From positions 12,958,001 through 13,022,000 of the forward strand of contig JBITNC010000002.1 in assembly GCA_050084985.1 (NCBI GenBank): a stretch of DNA of 64,000 nucleotides, given 5' to 3'. Position 1 is the first letter of the stretch, and each line of letters begins with the position of its first letter. Of the stretch, positions 1 through 14,499 are shown in pieces. The notes beneath the pieces were generated by a model. The model ran no database searches and had not been told where the DNA came from. It was given only the letters and a program-made list of their open reading frames with translations. Made by a program: the position numbers and the translations under genes. Source of the DNA: Nageia nagi (taxonomy: Eukaryota > Plantae > Pinophyta).

Positions 1-3000
1 ATTCACTACTTCTTTTTTGCATAAGACATAATGATTTAGGAGTTTCAACCCTCTTTTATTGAGCTTGTCTAGGGTGAATTTTTATTCAAGGCTTCCACCC
101 ACATGAATTACCAATGTCATTTTGTGTGTAAGCCTTTATAGCCTAATTGTTTTCTAAATCCATCTCATATTATCCTTCATATTGGTATTCAACCAATCAT
201 ACCCCACCCTAACTAAAAATTCATTTTTTTCCTATGGATCCTTCCACCATAAAGCATTAGCTTTTTTGATATTGAAAATTAGATAGGATAGTAAGGTATT
301 AAGTAGTTTCATTCCAATTATAGTATGGAAATTATGGGCAAGAGGGAGGACCCATTTTTTCTACCCCTCAATGGTCCTTATGTAGTCTCTAACCACAGAC
401 CCAATAGTAATTTTTATCCATTCCATAGATGATCTTAGAATGGGGTCATGTGCTAGGGGTTCATTTTTTATACATATATATTTGTAAAATTGGACTCTAT
501 CCCCTTTTTCTATCTCCCATCTTGAGTTCTTCCAAAGTGTATATCAAATTTCAAGAAGCTAGTTACATAATGCAAATCCTTTAAGGGCATAAAGTAGCTA
601 AGGAAACTTCATTTACCTTAAAGGTATTTGTTTCTACAAATTCTTTCCATTCTATTTATTGGCCACTAACCAATTTCCAAACAAAGCTTTATTTTGAGGG
701 CTTTGTTCATCCAATCTATTTATCTTATACCTAGTCCACCTTTTTATTTCTACTTACATAATATTAACTAAGTAGCCAAGGATATTTTCTTCTTCTCCTC
801 CAAATATGTTCAAAGGAAATTTCAATATATTTGATCTATTTTTTTGGGCTACAAGAACTAAAATTTTAAAGACATTTCCCATATAGATAGATATGCTTTG
901 GAAGTTTACTTTGACCAACTAAATCTTTCCTAAAAAAAACTAAATATAGTCCATTTCCAACCTTCCAATTTCTTATTGAACTTTTCCATTACTCCTTTTT
1001 AAAAAATCCTTATTTACCCTTCCTTCAAATAGAGGTATTCCAAGATATATTAAGGGAAAGAATTCAATTTGATAGTTAAATATATGTGGGGTTTGATTTT
1101 TCTTTACATAGGGAGAGTTCAAGAAGAAGATTCTAGTTTTATCATAGTTTATATTTTGGTTAGTATCCCTTTCATATAATTCTAGGGTGTGTTTCAATTC
1201 CTGGGCTTCTTTGACACTAGCCTATCTAATCATGATTGTATCATCCACAAATTGATGATGCAACATTAGGTAATAATTAGGCATAAGGGTGATTCCTTCA
1301 ATTATTCTTGAGATTTTATTTTCCTTCAAACTTTTCCCTAGGGCTCCAACAAGGATAATGAACAAGTAAAGGGAAATTAGGTCCCATTTTCTTAGCCCTC
1401 TAGCTATATTAAATAATCCACATGATTCTTGATTTATTTAAAGCAAAAAAGTTACAGTTGAGGTAGATAGTTTAATCCACTTCCTTCAAGTATTCTTAAA
1501 TCCAAACTTATCTAGCACCCAATCTAAAAAGTTCCAAGACCCTAAATTATATTCCTTTTGTTATCCATCTTGATTAGCATGGTTGTATCCTTTTTAAATT
1601 TGATAGAGTGGATTACTTTGTGTATTCCAAGAATCCCATCAACTATTTATCTTCCTTTTATGAAGGCATCTTGTTCTCATGAGATGAGTTTGGGGAGGAA
1701 CCCTTGTACTCTATTTGCCAATATTTTGGTTATAACTTTGTATTAAGTGTTGTAGAGGCTAATAGGCTTGAATACCTTTAAATTGGTTTCTCCATGCACC
1801 TTTGGAATAGAACAAGGAATGTAGTATTCCAACTTCTCACAAGGGGATAATTCTCTTGGAATTCATGGATTGCTTACATTACATCTTCCCCCAAAATATC
1901 CCAAAAGGATTGAAAAACCTAAATGAGAAGCCATCCAACCTAAGGGCCTTGTATTTTCCCATAAGAGAGAGGGAAAATTCTATTTCTTCCTTAAAGAAAG
2001 GGGTAGTGAGTTTTTGGTTATCTTGATCCAAGATGAGCTATGAAATGTTATTTAGCAGTATCTCAATTGCATCTGGGTCATCATCCATTTTTGGTGTAAT
2101 AAGATTTATATAGAATTAGATAATTCTTTCTTTTAAAAGGCCTTTATTCTCAATTATATTTCCATATTCCCCTTCTATGCACTTTATGTTATTCCTATAT
2201 ATCCTTTTCATGGTGTTCATATTGAAGAATTTTATATTACAATATACTACCTCTAGTCATGAGTTGTAAGACTTATGCTTCTAATGGAATTCTTCTTGGA
2301 GTAGTATGTTGTGGTATTTTTCCTTAAGGCATCTTTCCTTGGAGGTTTTTTCTTCTAATCTTCCTACTCTTGATATTAACTCTTTAATAGTGGTTAGCTC
2401 TACTTTGATTTCTTCTTTTTATTTTTCTACATTTTGAAATACATGCATATTCTAATGTTTTAGATTTTCCTTAATATGTTTTAGTTTAGAAGCAACATGG
2501 TACATCCTAGTACCCTCCACCTCAATTCCCTACCATCTTTTAATCATTTCATGGATGCTAGGGCATGTTAACCACATTATTTCAAATCTAAAAGGGGCTC
2601 ATTTTTTCTTATATGGTACTTCTTGGAGAAGGATAGGATTATGGTCTAATTTGATCTTAGGATAAGCAATTAGGGTATTATCAAGGAACTATGAAAACTA
2701 TCCTATCAATCATAATTCATTGTTTAGTCTAGTTTGAATACAATCTCCTTCAAATTTCAAATTATTCTAAGTAAAATTAGCATCAGTGAGTTTGATATCC
2801 ATTAGCAAATTATCATTAAGAAATTATCTTAAGGCCTCAAGGTTACATTGGATATCTAGCTCCTCTCCTTTCTTCTCATGGTGGTGGAGGATTGTATTGA
2901 AGTCTCCCATAATCAGACAAGGCTAGTCAAGAAATAATCTTCTTTCTTATGATAACTTTTGGAAAGTGCATTTTATTTCCTCTAGATAATTTGGTGCATA

Positions 3001-3334
3001 AACATTCATAATTACATAGCAAAAATCAAATTTTTTAATTTTATGAAAACAAGTTAATGTATTTGTATGACATTTGAAGGGGAGGGGAAATCTGGACCTT
3101 GATTTCTTTAAGATCCTAGATCATAACCAAATCTCCAAATGCACCCTCAACTGCCCTCCAAATGAAGTTTGCATTTATCCATATCTTCCTCTTTACATAC
3201 ATAATTTGACCTTGTTTCATCTTAGATTCTTGTAACCAGTCTATTTTAGGATTGATATCCTTCTACAGATCCTAAAAGGATATCTATTTTCTGGGGTCAT
3301 TACAACCCCTAATGTTCCAACTTAATACTTTCAT
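1..3334 (-). pseudogene. L1-clade LINE ORF2 (APE endonuclease + reverse transcriptase), decayed; 3' part runs off the window
   Basis: Minus-strand translation: start MKVLSWNIRG at 3334; MGDFN ~2910; LDHNPI ~2645; PFRFE ~2590; KALRLDGF (KAPGPDGF) ~1945; KPISLYN ~1765; GLRKWDLISP (GLRQGDPLSP) ~1390; HQFVDDT ~1250; YLGIPL in ORF 973-1197. Many stops and frameshifts. Confidence 0.93.
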
Positions 3335-3890
3335 TGGGTTCGTATGATTCTGCACTTCTATAAAGTGGTTTGAGTTCCATTTACAATGTATTTCTTAGTT
3401 TTTCTTATTTGCATCTCTTTCTCTGAGGTTTGTTGTTCTTTTATCTCAAAAGGATGTCCTCCTCTTGGATTTTTGTATTACTTGATTTCCCCTCTCTAGA
3501 TTTAGTTATGCTTCTTTTCCTAATTCTTCAAACCATTTTCCCTAATACTTAATATATAACCATGTCAAAGTCTATCATCTCATCTATGTCATCCTAATTT
3601 CTCTAAGTGGCCTTTGGATTATTGTCTAGTTACTTTTCCTTTGATAATCATTCCCTTCAAATATTTCAAGATGGGAAAAGGGGTTTCTTCCTTTTTTCTT
3701 AGGGAGTACTTCTTACTACTATTTTGGTTTTGACCTATATTTCCTTTTTTATTGTTTATTTTTTTGTTATTGAAATTTATTCTTTTGTCTAGGTTTTTGC
3801 ACTTAATTCCATCCATATCTTGCTTTTTTTCCTTTAGTTTCCTTAAATTTAGCTACAACTAGAGCCTCCTTATCCCTTTCATAACATTCT
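3331..3890 (-). pseudogene. C-terminal remnant of LINE ORF1 (Lys/Asn-rich)
   Basis: Lys-rich ORF 3619-3816 lies directly upstream of ORF2, with an ATGA stop/start overlap at 3334-3331. Confidence 0.55.
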
Positions 3891-4949
3891 TGTATGTAGT
3901 GATCATATTATTTAAAGATTAGACATTGAAAGGGTATATTTTGATACACCATGTTTTGACAATTTGGATGTTAATTAATCATGAAAACTTTATGTCTAAT
4001 AATAACCAACCTAATTAAACTCTTATTTATATAATACTCTTTATTATTGAAAACTATGAAGTTGAAAATACTCAATATAATTTATAATTTTGAAGTTGTC
4101 TTAACTATCCTCCTAAATGTTTTTAAATTACCATAGTCAAGATTGATCAACTCTTGTTTATTAATGAATACATAAAGTTCAGTCCTAAACTATAAAAATA
4201 CCAAAATATTTGAATTCTAGATAAATATTAAATATAAAATATAGAATAATCTTCCCATATGCCTCATTCAAGAAATCATATACATGCAAATGCAAATGAT
4301 AGAAAAACTATATAATAACCTAAAATTAAGAAAAGGTACCTAAGATTGTGAGTTTAATATGTTTTTAATGAAATTATATATCAAAATTTGGAGTAATTTG
4401 ATATTAAAAATTATTTAGATTATGTCTTAGAAAAACTTGACTCAAAATGACCCCTCAAGCAGTAAGGGTTTTTGCAAATGGTGGGCCAAATTCATCCCAA
4501 CCTATTGTTAGTCTATCAAAACCTTAATCTTGAAGGGTGTTTTTGAGCTTAGAGATTTTATAAAAGATATAAAACTCATATGTTTAAGCAAGCAACTCTT
4601 GAAACTCTTGGATATGTTTGTGAAGATATATCATTTGATATTCATGAACAAGATCAAGTGAACTCCATTATTATAGATATTGTGTAAGGAATAAATACAA
4701 CTAATGGTAATGCTTATGTATGTCTATATAATGTAATTGATTTTACACATATAATCTTTGAGAATGAAATGGAAATAAACTACATTATGCATATTTTTCC
4801 TAATCATAAATTTGTTTCCCACCCATGACTTCATTTCCCATAGTTTAAAATTGCCATAGTATTTTAGGATAGTTTACATGTGGGGATGGTTTTAAACAAC
4901 CCTCTTGAGATATATTAGAAAAATTTAAAATCCTTGTAGAAGGCTATCA

Positions 4950-5580
4950 TAAAAAAAATTTTGTAAATGGCCTTTTTGGCATGTGGTAAAAAAGAAGGAT
5001 GATTCATGGAGGATGTACCCACACTTTTGTGACCTTAATAAAGCCACTATCAAAGATAAGTTCCATATACTTGTTATTGATGAGTTATTGTGTGAATTGT
5101 ATGATACCAAATTATTTACAAAGTTTGATTTAAGAATAGAGTATCATCAAATTAAGATTAAAGAGGAAGATATTTCCAAAATGGATTTTAAAACTCATGA
5201 GGTGCTTTATAAATTTTTAGCTATTCCATATAGAATTAATAATGCAATATCTATATTTTAGAGTTTTATAAATATAATTTGTTTTATCATTGCTTGATAA
5301 ATTTGTGTTGGTATTCTTTGATGGCATATTGGTATATAATAAAACATGGTGCATTCATTTGTAACTTATGAAGAAATTTTTACATATTTTAAAAAAGGAA
5401 AAACTTTTTTATCAAAATAATACAAATGCCCTTTTAGTATTACTAAAGTTGATTACTTAAATCATATCGTATTAGTAGGAGTGAAAATGGATACTCTAGA
5501 AATCAAAGCAATGAAAGATTCACTACTTCAAAACACACTCAAAAGTATAAGTGATTTTTTGGGGATTACAATGATTACAA
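4950..5580 (+). pseudogene. Outer Ty3/gypsy element A, segment 1: reverse transcriptase
   Basis: ORF 4983-5261 VKKKDDSWRM...LNKATIKDKF...FTKFDLRIEYHQI; FVLVFFDGILVY (YxDD region) ~5300-5340; broken at the FLGIT motif by the insertion at 5581. Confidence 0.88.
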
Positions 5581-6856
5581 TGATCCAAAATTTGGATCAT
5601 TTTAAGAAATTAAATAACATATCTCATCATGAAGATCTTCTCTCTAGCTTTTTTATGGTTCAAACAAATCAAAATTTTGGTCCTGTATGCAGAAGTTATA
5701 AGGTTTAAAGTTTTATTAGTTTAATTAAAAATTGAAAGATAAAAAAATAAATATTAAGACACCAAAGTGGGGCCCATGCCAAAAATTACATTACTTGGTA
5801 GAATTAGTAAGTGCATGTAGTTCAAAAACTTTCAGTAGTCAACATATGGAAAATCAAGAAGGTACACATGGTAGTCTTGGATGAATGGTGCATGTGTGGA
5901 AAATGAGCTCAAAGGGGATTATGTGTGGCCAAAGCCACCCATGTGGAAGTAAAATGTGTAGACTAAGGGAGTCACCCACATAGGGAACTAACCTCTCCAC
6001 ACACCTCACTAGCTACCCCTTGTCATCGTTACAAATGTAACCCTTCAACCACCAATATTAAAAGCCCATATGATGCAACCTCCCCATTATTTTCCATGTA
6101 TCAACCACTTATTTTACCATTTTTTAAATGTATATACATTATTTGGAGGTAGATTGGGGTGTACATGGACCAAGGGAAAAGTTCTCCTCTACAAGTGCCA
6201 TATTTATTTTTCAAATTCCACAACAAGTTGCCACTTGTTAGGTGCACATTGAATCCACTCCATATTGGTGATAAAGGTGTTAAAATATTTATTTTCCTAG
6301 TTTTTATGTTTTAATTAAAGGGCCCCTATAGCATTATATCATGAAACCAACCAATGAGACTCTTAATAATGATGGTAGATAGCTCTGTATACCATTTCAT
6401 TATTTTTATTATAATATTATGCTATGAAAAATGGTGGATAGAAGCATAAAAGCATTGAAATTATTGAGAATATTTTGGAGAGGAAGAGAATTGTGAGATA
6501 GACAAGATAGAAAGGAAATGTTGTAGAATATTTAAGAGATCATTGTAAGGATATTTAAGTACATTCAAGGGATATTCTTATTGCAACATTATAGAGCCTA
6601 TTGTGAAGGTCATTATATTATATATCCCTCAATATAAGAACTTTTTAATTTTTGGGGGGTTTTATCTTGAAGGAAGGTTTTCTCTAGGGTAAAATTGGTG
6701 TATTTTGTTAGTGATGATTCTATCCCTTTTCTTACATTTTCAATTCCTTTAAAATATTATTGAATATCTTCTTTATTATAAGCACTTAGGAGTTAAGTTT
6801 AAAGTGATCTAAACTAAGTGAAATATTAAAAATTATTTCAAAGAGTTTATGGATTA
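5581..6856 (+). repeat. 5' LTR (~1.28 kb)
   Basis: Colinear with 11212-12489; followed by a tRNA-iMet PBS. Confidence 0.9.
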
Positions 6857-7029
6857 CATTTTTGGTATTAGAGCTCATGTTCATTATCATATTAGGAATG
6901 TGATTATATGAGATAATATTGCATGTTACAATTCTTATTCAAAATAATCTTGCATGATAACTAGATCAAAGAGCAATAAGGGATAAGGTGAACTTGTGGA
7001 GGCTAATCATGAGGTTGGATTGAGAATTT

Positions 7030-10000
7030 AGGAAAAGGATAAAGAAGAGTGTCCATGGAGTCCAAAGAATGGGAATTTCCACCTCCTCCATTTTAAGAAA
7101 GAAATGTTACACAAGAGATAATGTAATTTAAAGGCATGTTCAAACAAATGGTGATGTAATTAGGATCACTTCAATTTCAATCCATGAAGAAAAATTGAAA
7201 TGGAGAAGGATCAAGTAAGGATCATCATGAAACCAAAGGTGATAGTTGTGAGAATAAGAATAGTAACTTTAATCCATCATTTTCTCTTAAGAATTCATCA
7301 ATTAAGTTAGAGATAAATTTTGATTTGCCTACATTATAAATTTTGATTTGCCTAAATTATGAAGAATTCCATGTAAAGAAACTTGAGTATTGGCTTAAAA
7401 AATTTATTGTAGAGTTAAAAAAATTCATGATGATAGGTAAATTATCTAATTGGATACCTTAAAGCTAGGGGGGACTAACCTCATTTGGTGGGAGATTCAT
7501 ACATGTTCAGGTCTTTACACACCTATATATACATGGAAGGATTTTGTAAAGTTTCTAAGGGAATAATTTTATCCACTTGGCTATAGAGAAAAGGAAATCA
7601 TGGAGTGGTAGAATATCTAACAAAGCAAGGGACAAAGTATTCAAGAGTACAACAAAGAATTTTGGAAGAAGGCCAACATGTTAGGTATATCTTTGGATAC
7701 TTAAGATACTCTCTTCAAGTAAATTGGTGGTTTACATAACTATTTAATACATACACTTTAAATGTTCAATCTTAGTAATTTAGATCAAGTTTGTGTGTAA
7801 GAGATTCATTTAGAGGTTAGGGGTAAATATGTACAAGATGAAGAAAGAATAAGAAGTTCATTCCTAAGCATAATTTTGAAAGAGGAAAAGGCTAAAAATA
7901 ATCTCACAAAAAAGGCTACATCCACACTACATAAAGAACATGAATCTAATCATTGTTCAAATTGTAAAAAGAAAAGGAAATCTTGAGGTAAATTATTGGA
8001 AGTTACATTCTAAACTTCATCCTAATAAGTATACATAGAAAAAGACTCAAATATTGTTCAAGTAGATGTAGAGGGAAAGTCATACACTAGTGAAAGACTT
8101 TATTGTATGTCTTTATAAGGAACTTCTAATCCATATGATAAAATTAAAAGAATTAAACTTTTTCATGTAAAAGTACAAGTTAAAATAATATTTATTGATT
8201 CTTTTTTTGATCTAGGATCTTAAGATAACCTAATTGCAAAGGAATTGGTTAAGAATATTAGTTATTCTACATAGCAACATACACATCCTTACCCATTAGA
8301 ATGGGTACATGGTGATGCCAAATTGCAAGTTGTAAGATAATATTTTCTATTGACATTAATTTTAATCATGAGGTTTTCATGGATATTATGCCTTTAGATA
8401 TATGTGGAATTATCTTGGTAAGTCCTTAATTTTATGATAAAGATGCAATTTTCTACAGGGGGTAAAATAATTATAAACTCCTTATGAATGGCATAAGCTA
8501 TATGGTTAAATTTCATCAAAGAAAAAAAAAATAACTCTCATAAATATTGGTCAAGTGAAAATACTAATCAATGCATGTCAATGATTTATTATTGCAGTAG
8601 TAAGACCTCAAAATAAGGAGGTTTACATAATTCATGCTCTTGAAGGCTATGAACCTCAACATCAATATGAGGTAAGAAAAATCATAATATAATTTAATGA
8701 CCATTTTTAAGATCCAGAAGGTTTACCTCCGAATAGAGATATTTAGCATTAAATTCAACTACAGTAGGATGCAACACTTCCAAATATTATCTTGTATCAC
8801 TAATAGGTTATGGAGAGTGATGAAATTAAGAAGTAGCTTGAATAATTTCTAAATTAAGGAGTCATCCTTACAAGCATTTCACCATGTGGATCACCTATCA
8901 TGTTGGTACTAAAGAAAGATGGATCTTAACACATGTTTATAGATTATCAAGCTTTAAAAAAAAATAGTAAAGAATCAATATACTTTGCCTCACATTGATG
9001 ATAACTTTAGGATGTTATATTATTTATAAAGTTAGATCCTATAAGTGGTTATCATCAATTTAATATAAAGAAAAAGGATATTTGGAAAATTGCATTTAAA
9101 ACTAAATAAGGATTGTTTGAGTGGTTAGTTTTACTATTTAGGCACTTTAGTATGTTATAAAGCTTATTGCTAACTTTTCATATATTGCTTCACCACTTCA
9201 TGATATCATAGGAAAGAGTCATGGAATTCAATGGGGAGGCAAATAAAAAAATGCTTTGAGTTGTTGAAAATAATAATCAGAAATGATCCAATTTTTTCTT
9301 TTCCTAACCTTCAACACTCTTTTGAGATTGAGACTAATGCTAGTGACTACATCATAAGAGCAGTCTTATTACAAAATTAATGTTTGATATATTACCATTA
9401 AGAGATGTTTAGTAGTATAGTAAGAAACTACCCTACTTATGAGAAGGAGATATATGCATTGGTTCAAATTATTAAGAAATAAAAATATTATTTGATGGAA
9501 TAAGAAACTATTATTCATATTGATCATTAACCTTGATAATATTTGCAATCTCAATCTAACTTACAGTAAACTAGATAATTTCACTGAATGGTGTTCTTGC
9601 AACAATTCTATTTAGTTATCGAGTACAAGAAAGGTTCTTAAAACAAGATGGTAGATATGTTATCTCAAATGGCAATTTCCATAGTTGGATTGATTCTCCA
9701 AAATAGTTATTTGATGCATGAGGGGTACAAAGAATAATATGTTAAAGATCCTAATTTCAAGGAAGTATATCAAACACTACTTTGAGTTGATGATGATGGT
9801 AATGTTGATTATCACATTCATGATAAATTTCTTTTTCGCTTGGGTAAATATGCATTCATGTTAGTGAGATAGATAATCTCATACGAGAAGCCCACACTTA
9901 TTGCATAGGGGGTATTTTAGTATTGGTAACGATCTTACTGATTTGTAATGATATTTTTATTGGCCTAAAATACAAGAATGTGTATCCAAGTATATTATAT

Positions 10001-11166
10001 GTTGTGTATTATGCAATGTTACCAAGCTAAGTAATAGGAAAATTGGTCTTTACATGCCTTTTTTAATTCCTATACGACCATGGGAGAGTATTTATATGTA
10101 TTTTGTGGTTGGTTTACCTTATTCCAAAATAGGTCATAATTATTTATTTATGGTAGTTTATAATTATAGTAAAATGTGTATTTTGATTCCATGTAAAATG
10201 AGTATCATAGAAAAAGAGGAAGCTAATATATTTATTGCTAATGTATGGGTTTATTTTGGTTTTCCTACATCCATTATTTTAGATAGGGATTCCAAATTTT
10301 TTAGAATTCTTTAGACATTTTCATAGAAGAGGATGGACACTAAGTTGAAGAGGAGTATTACATTTCATCCATAGGAAGATGGAAAAATTGAGGTAGTAAA
10401 TAGAATAATGGTGCATCTTTTGAGAGGGTATTGTGGAAAGCATCCAAAGACATGGGATGAAAATTTTTGTTAAATTTAATATTCATACAATTAGGCTCTA
10501 TATTCATCAACCAATAAAACACCTTTTGAGATATATTTTAGATATTTTCCAAAATCTCCTTTTTACATAGCTTTTGCTTCTTCTAGTAATTGAGATATCA
10601 ATATTCACAATGAGGAGGATCATGTCAAGAAGTTCATTGAGAAGATTTAGTTATTTCATCAAAATGTGCATGAGTAATTACAAAAGAGTAAATCCAAATA
10701 CAACTAAAGGCATGATCACTATCATGTGGATCATAAATTTTAAGTGAGAGATCAAGTATGGCTTCACCTTAGTAAGGAAATATTACATGGTACATGAAAG
10801 AAATTGAAATGATTGAGGTATGATCCTTTTACAAATATTGCACAAATTAGTGAGAATGCTTTATATTTAGATCTATTACTATACATGCAAATATATACAA
10901 TTATGAATATTAAAAACTTAAAATTGTATGAGACAACATTGATCATAGAAGATAAGGAAGGAATTATTTTACTTTTAATTGATGACTTAGATATTGAGCA
11001 TATAGATGAGTTACCTAAGGATACAGTTTTGAAAAATAATACTAGATCATATCTTAGTGGCACACATGAGGTTTCACATATTAAATTAAAGGGCCAACAT
11101 CCAAAAAAGGCCAAATGGTTGGAGGTTGATCAAGTGAGGGAACTTTACCCACACCTTATTTCATAA
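7030..11166 (+). pseudogene. gag-pol pseudogene with an internal RT deletion; ends in a chromodomain-like C-terminus
   Basis: gag ~7300-8050; protease ~8160-8450 (degenerate LFDxGS, CGIILG); RT SPCGSPIMLVLKKDGS ~8880; RNase H FEIETNASDY ~9320; integrase ORF 10054-10314 (RPWESI...IILDRDSKF); C-terminal ORF 10813-11166. Confidence 0.88.
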
Positions 11167-11211
11167 TATTATATTCTTTTGGAGACTAGAATATCCCTTA
11201 TTGGGGAGGTG

Positions 11212-12489
11212 TGATTCAAATTTTGGATCAATTAAAAATACTAAATAATCTATCTCATCATGAATATATCTTCTCTCTATCTTTTTAGTGCCTCAAATGG
11301 ATCGAAAATATGACCTCATATGTAGAAGTTATGAGGTTTCAAAGTTTTATTGGTTTAATTAAGAATTAAAAGAAAAAAATAAATATTAAGAGACCAAAAT
11401 GGGGTCCACACCATGAAGTAGGTTATTTCATAGAGTTAGTACGTACATGTAGTTCAAATAAGGTAAATAATCAATGTATGGAAAATCAAGAAGGTAAATG
11501 TGAAAGTCTTTAATGGATGGTACACATGTGGAAAATGAGCTTAAAGAGGGTTGTGTGTGGCCATAGCCACCCATGCACAAGTAAAAGGTGCCAACCAAGG
11601 GAGTCACCCATGTGGGGGACTGACCTAACATGTGGCAGCCTCCCCATATAGCTCACTAATTTCCCCTTATTACTAACACTAATGTGACCCTTCAACTTCT
11701 AGTCTTCACCACCCATATGGCCTCCCTTTTATTGCCCACTTCTTGACCACTCATTTGACCATTTTTTAAATGGATATGCACTATTTGGAGGTAGATGGGA
11801 TGTATGTGGCCCAAAGGGAAGGTTCTCTCCTACAAATTTCATATTGAGTTTTCAAAACCTACAATAATTTGTTACTTGTCATGTGCACATTGAATCCACT
11901 CCATATTGGCGATAAAAGTGTTAAAAGAATTATTTTTTCTACTTTGAATATTTTAATTAAAGGTAATATGGAGCCTTATATCATACAACCAACTAAGGAG
12001 ACTCTTAATAATCATGATAGATAATTCTATCTATCATTTTATCATAATAATGTGCTATAAAAGGAGGTGGATATATGCATATAAGCATGGAAATTATAGG
12101 AGATATTTTGGAGATGAAGAGAATTGTGAGATAGAGGAGGTAGAAAGATAATGTTGTAGAATATTTCAAAGAGAAATGTAGGGACATTGAAGGGTGATCA
12201 AGGTATGTTCTTATTGTAATATTATGGAGCCTATTATGAAAGAGATTATATTGTATCTCCCTCAATAAATGGAGCTTTTGGTTTCATGGGAATTTTCTCC
12301 CAAAGGAAGGGTTTCCCTAGGGTAAAATCAATTTCTTTAATGGTTGATGATTCTATATCTATTCTTGCATTTTAAATTCCTTTCAAATATTGTTGAATCT
12401 ATTCATTATTACAAGCACTTAGGAGTTAAGTGTGAAGTGGTCTAAACTAAATAAAATATTGTAAATTATTTCAAAGAGTTTATGGATCA
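11212..12489 (+). repeat. 3' LTR (~1.28 kb)
   Basis: Colinear with 5581-6856; preceded by the PPT and followed by the TSD. Confidence 0.9.
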
Positions 12490-12494
12490 TACAA

Positions 12495-13415
12495 GTTCTA
12501 ATAAAATATTTATGAAATACTACGGAAAACATTTATTACCTATTACAACACTTACAAACAAACATTCCTTTGTAAGGACATAAATAGCTAATGATGCATT
12601 TAATAATAAAACTTTATATGTAAGTCAATCGAAAACTACTAAAGAAAATCCTAAAGGAGGTTATGTTTTCAACCCCAATTTTTGTTACTAGAAATTTTGC
12701 TAAGTCATTTTTCAATGAATGTGATGATTCAAGACTAGTATTGGTGTAGTTTTGATGCAACAAATGCATCAAGTAGGTTTTTATAGTAAGTAACTTTCAT
12801 ATATATATATATATATATATGATAATTCCACATATGAGAAAGAAATGATACCAATATCACATGCAATCAATAAATAGAAACCATATTTGGTAGGGAGGAA
12901 CTTTAAAGTTAAGGTAAATCATAGTTCTCTCAGTATTTTTTGAAATAATATCTTTTATATTTATAGCAATAGTAGGAAACCAAGTTGCTTAGCTATGATT
13001 ATAAGATATAATATAAAGTGTGAAAATAAAATGTGGAGGCTAACACTCTCTAGAAGATATGAGAATTCAATAACTATTTATGCCATGGTAGCATGTACCA
13101 CACCAATATGGATAAAAAAAGCTAAGTACGAATAAAAGAACTATTTAGAGGCATCTAGTATTATTCAAAAATTATCATCAAATTAACTTATGGAGTAGGA
13201 GTATCCATCTTATGGACAGATTTTAATGATAAAGGATAGTATTTTTGATAGAATAATTCAAGAAAAAAAAATTGATATTATAATAATTACATGTGCCACC
13301 TATAAAAAATTAATCAAGGTTTCTTGAAACTTACCAAAGTGTAAATCAATTTTTTTTGTATAGGAATGAAAAAGTATATAAACATTTTTGTGAAACAATG
13401 TTAGGTATATCAAAG
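12495..13415 (+). pseudogene. Outer element A, segment 2: RT connection/RNase H/integrase zinc finger, with a (TA)n insert at ~12799-12820
   Basis: Resumes after the TSD. Degenerate ECDxS..IGVVLMQ ~12715-12760, STYEKEM ~12827-12848, NVEANTLSR ~13030, VKQC.VYQ ~13390-13413. Confidence 0.8.
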
Positions 13416-14094
13416 TGTAAATACCTAAAAATTATTTTTTATCTACTTAATAAATCATATTTTATACTTCTTTAAGTATTAAAAAGAAAGATTACATATA
13501 TCAAGATAAAGTTGATATTACAATGCAATGCCATGTGCTATATTAAATGTAATATCATTTATCATGGTTTATATTTTAAAAGTATCTTGAATATAGAAAA
13601 GATTATATTATTTATATGGGTCAAATTTCACTCCTTTATATTTTCTTATAGGTTATAAATATGGGAGTTTGAGGTTGACATCCCTATTGAATCTCTCTAA
13701 TAAATGGTTATCCCATACATCATACTTATGATATCTCTAGATTCAACCTATTCAAGGATCTTTTATACTTTGATCTTTGTTACATGTTATATTTTCATGC
13801 ATGATCTAATTCTATATATTTTATGATGTTGATTTTGTAGAGCTTGCATACCACGAATGATTTATGCCCTTGTGATATAGAGCTATAGATAAAAAAAGGT
13901 GATGATAAATGGTTTACAAGATTCATTATCACCATCAAATTTATCTCTAATCCTATCCAATCCTCCTCATTCCCTTTCCATACCTCAAGGATTGTCTTAT
14001 CATAATTAGGTGCACACTTTATATTTGAATAAGTGTCATCTCATATACCTATACTTTATGTTTATATTAATATTTACATAATGTTAAAGCTTTA
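13416..14094 (+). repeat. 5' LTR of element B (~680 bp)
   Basis: Colinear with 23024-23706. Confidence 0.85.
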
Positions 14095-14499
14095 TTTTTG
14101 GTGAACCCAAAAGATCCTACACACCTAGATTACCACCTATGGAACATTTCATTAGAGATTCATGAATACCTTTGCACTACCTTTTCTTCTCTTGCCCATA
14201 AAAATGATAAAACTAGGGTTTATTCTCCCTATGTCCCAAAGACATTTTTTATTAAGGAATGACCTAGGGTTTCTAGAGGGAAGATTCATTTTGATAAAAT
14301 TATAAGGAGCACTAGGATTAATCATGATATATCTCTTAACTTTTGTGAACCTCATCCATATGATAGAATGTCCACTAATGAAGAAGAATTTGAATCTGTC
14401 AATTCTAGCTATCACATGAATAGCATTAGCCAAACCCCTAATAAGTTTAATATGAATTTTGCTAATGGTAATTTTGAAAGTGTAAATCAAGATAGATCT

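Larger units (their letters stand above)
5581..12489 (+). mobile_element. Full-length decayed Ty3/gypsy (chromovirus-like) LTR retrotransposon nested in element A
   Basis: Direct repeats 5581-6856 and 11212-12489 (TGATCC...GGATCA ends); TSD TACAA at 5576-5580 and 12490-12494; PBS TGGTATTAGAGC at 6863-6874; PPT GGGGAGG ~11203-11209; domain order gag-PR-RT-RH-INT. Confidence 0.93.

Noticed and set aside
3890-4950. Possible 5' LTR or gag of outer element A
   Set aside because: No matching repeat after 24780 and no PBS or gag motif recognisable; left unannotated.
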